NCBI GenBank assembly: GCA_964615175.1
Contig: CAZTOV010000005.1
Span: 1 to 57,614 of the forward strand
DNA length: 57,614 bases
Source of the DNA: an uncultured Burkholderiales bacterium
GTDB lineage: Bacteria; Actinomycetota; Acidimicrobiia; IMCC26256; JACPCJ01
Direction of reading: 5' to 3'
Numbering within the stretch: position 1 is the stretch's first letter; every line of letters starts with the position of its first letter. A program made the position numbers and the translations under genes. The notes under the pieces were generated by a model, which saw nothing but the letters and a program-made list of their open reading frames with translations, had not been told where the DNA came from and did no database searches. Shown here one piece after another: positions 55,605 through 57,614 of this stretch.

Positions 55605-56375
55605 TCAGAACTTCTGGGGGACGAGGGCGAAGTAGAGGAGGCTCATCACCGAGTTGGCGATGAAGATGAGCACGAAGGTCAGGACCACCGCCTGGTTGAC
55701 GGCGTCCCCGACTCCCTTGGGGCCGCCCTTGGCGTAGAGACCCATGTAGGAGGCGACCATGGCGGCGATGAACCCGAACACGAACGCCTTGGCCAACGAC
55801 GACCACAGGTCGGCGAGCTGGACGAGCTGGCTGAAGCCCGAGAAGTAGGCGCCGGCGGTCACGTCCTGCACCACCACGTTGAAGAAGAAGCCGCCGGCGA
55901 TGCCCGCGACCGAGACCAGCGAGACGAGCAGGATCCCGATGGTGGCGGCGGCCCAGAGTCGGGCGGTGACCAGACGGTGGATGGGGTTCACCGCCATCAC
56001 CTCGAGGGCCGAGATCTCGTCACGAATCTTGCGTGATCCGAGGTCGGCGGTCATCGCCGAACCGCCGGCACCGGAGATGAGCAGCGCCGTCGCCACCGGA
56101 GCCGCCTCGCGGACGATGGCGAGGACCATGGCAGCGCCGGTACCGGACTCGGCGCCGAGCTGGCGGGCGAAGCTCCCCACGTGCAGGGCGATGACCATGC
56201 CGAAGGGGATCGACACGAGAATGACCGGCAGCGTGGTGACCTTGGCGATGAACCACGACTGATCGAGGTACTCGCGCCACCAGAGATGGACCCGGGGCGT
56301 CGCCCGGATCCCTTCGAGGGCAATGGCGAACATGTTGCCGGTCTCGCGGACGACGGTGCCGACCTTGTTGTTCAC
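55605..56375 (-). CDS. MlaE/YrbEA-type ABC permease
   Basis: GAGGSAMTADLGSRKIRDEI.ALEVM, KGGPKGVGDAVN. Confidence 0.93.
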   Translation of the reverse strand: MNNKVGTVVRETGNMFAIALEGIRATPRVHLWWREYLDQSWFIAKVTTLPVILVSIPFGMVIALHVGSFARQLGAESGTGAAMVLAIVREAAPVATALLISGAGGSAMTADLGSRKIRDEISALEVMAVNPIHRLVTARLWAAATIGILLVSLVSVAGIAGGFFFNVVVQDVTAGAYFSGFSQLVQLADLWSSLAKAFVFGFIAAMVASYMGLYAKGGPKGVGDAVNQAVVLTFVLIFIANSVMSLLYFALVPQKF

Positions 56376-56427
56376 CCCGGGGTCACCTCCCTCGTGTCTT
56401 GGCGCTGGTCGTCGGGGTCGCCACCCG

Positions 56428-57366
56428 TCACACCGTCATGATCTCGACGTCCTCGAAGTCCTCCTCCGACCACTCCTCGTCCTCGCCCACCGCCATCTCG
56501 TCCATCCCGATGGGGCCACGGGGCAAGCCGCCCAGGAACTGCCGGAGCACCGGGTTGGGATCCGCCTTCATCGCTTCCTTCGAGGCGAACCGCACGAGCT
56601 TCGACCGGAAGAGGACACCGATGTAGTCGGCCATCCGCATGACCGACGCGATGTTGTGGGTGATGACCACGAAGGTGGCGCCGGTCTTCTCCTGCGTTTC
56701 GCGGATGAGGTGGTCGAGGTACGCCACCCGGACGGGGTCGAGCCCGGAGTCGGGTTCGTCGAAGAGCACGATCTCGGGATCCATCGACAGCGCCCGGGCG
56801 AGCCCGGCCCGCTTCTTCATCCCGCCGGAGATCTCGCCGGGGAGCTTCGTGAGATGGTCCATGAGCCCGACCATCTCGGCCTTCTCGTGGACGATCGTCT
56901 TGATCGCGTCCTCCCCCTTGTCAGTGTGTTCGCGCAGGGGGAAGGCGATGTTGTCGTAGACGTTCAGGGAGCCGAAGAGGGCACCGTCCTGGAACAGCAC
57001 TCCGAGCTTCCGGCGCACCTCGTAGAGCTGCTTCTCGGGGAGTCCGACGATGTTGGTGCCGTCGATGATGATCTCGCCGGCCTCCGGCTGGAGGAGCCCG
57101 ATGATGTTCTTGAGCAGCACTGACTTTCCGGTGCCCGACGGACCCATGATCGCCGAGACCTTGCCCTCGGGGATGTCGAAGGTGACGTCGGAGAGGACGG
57201 TGTGGCTGCCGAAACGTTTGGTGACGCCTCGGACGGAGATCACAGGGTCGAGCGCTTCGGGCTCGACCGCCTTGCGCTTACGGCCCGAGGTCTTGGCCCG
57301 CTTCCGCCGTGTCTTCCCGGAGGTCTGCGTGCGGCGGGTCTTGCGAGATGTCGACGCCTTCGCCAC
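56428..57366 (-). CDS. Mce ABC ATPase (MlaF/Mkl/MceG-like)
   Basis: GPSGTGKS, LFQDGALF, ISGGMKKRAGLARAL, DEPDSGLDP, QFL.G..GPIGM. Confidence 0.93.
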   Translation of the reverse strand: MAKASTSRKTRRTQTSGKTRRKRAKTSGRKRKAVEPEALDPVISVRGVTKRFGSHTVLSDVTFDIPEGKVSAIMGPSGTGKSVLLKNIIGLLQPEAGEIIIDGTNIVGLPEKQLYEVRRKLGVLFQDGALFGSLNVYDNIAFPLREHTDKGEDAIKTIVHEKAEMVGLMDHLTKLPGEISGGMKKRAGLARALSMDPEIVLFDEPDSGLDPVRVAYLDHLIRETQEKTGATFVVITHNIASVMRMADYIGVLFRSKLVRFASKEAMKADPNPVLRQFLGGLPRGPIGMDEMAVGEDEEWSEEDFEDVEIMTV

Positions 57367-57614
57367 GCGCTCGTCCCCCCTCGCCGTCGATCCACCGGCT
57401 CCGCGCGCCGGAAACTCGCCGTCACCTTAGCCGTGACCTTCGCGCCAAGTAGGCACTTCGCCCGCCTACGCCAGGCGTCCCGAGATGCTGCCGAACTTTG
57501 CCTTCCCGACCCCCGATAAGGGGGCGACCCCTCCAAAGAATCCATGGGTGCCCGGTCCGGTCTGGCCGGACGGGAGGGATTGAAGCCGGGGGTCCAGGAG
57601 ACCGTTGGGGCCGC

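Noticed and set aside
56372-56431. 19-codon linker ORF between the ATPase and yrbEA
   Set aside because: No similarity to the MIRU-like element and yrbEA has its own GGAGGTGA RBS; could be chance
1-57614. KOPS (GGGNAGGG) polarity towards dif
   Set aside because: Examples seen in both orientations on both sides; needs a proper count

Overview
High-GC actinobacterial chromosome segment, most consistent with Acidimicrobiia (inferred from gene content; no database search run). It appears to span the replication terminus: a 28-bp actinobacterial-type dif site lies at 41861-41888, with genes mostly on + to its left and all on - to its right. Left arm: ispH (partial), DUF512 radical SAM gene and der, HMG-CoA lyase and carboxyltransferase, a small MerR metal-response module, tRNA-Pro(GGG), RDD, MFS, an atypical Old Yellow Enzyme, a LIV-type ABC operon with an embedded acyl-CoA ligase, pgi-gnd-zwf-pgl-GH15, the pgsA-manC-gcvH-garA-MerR-DUF151-MerR-gcvT/PA/PB neighbourhood with extra genes (lipM-like, atypical hpt, K+ channel, T7-endonuclease-I-like ORF), and a two-component module ending inside dif. 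Right arm: NUDIX, GNAT, lipid-droplet-like gene, lnt, USP, DUF4193 and a complete Mce operon. Most notable observations: (i) a MIRU-like intergenic element in three copies encoding short MTRxAA...MSAxQ peptides abutting the next start codon; (ii) an MceF-like subunit ending in a sortase-like TPATG-TM-RR signal; (iii) dif with an inverted XerC-arm copy next to a repeat cluster; (iv) several REP/REPIN-like palindrome families; (v) widespread leaderless promoters. All calls come from reading motifs by eye.
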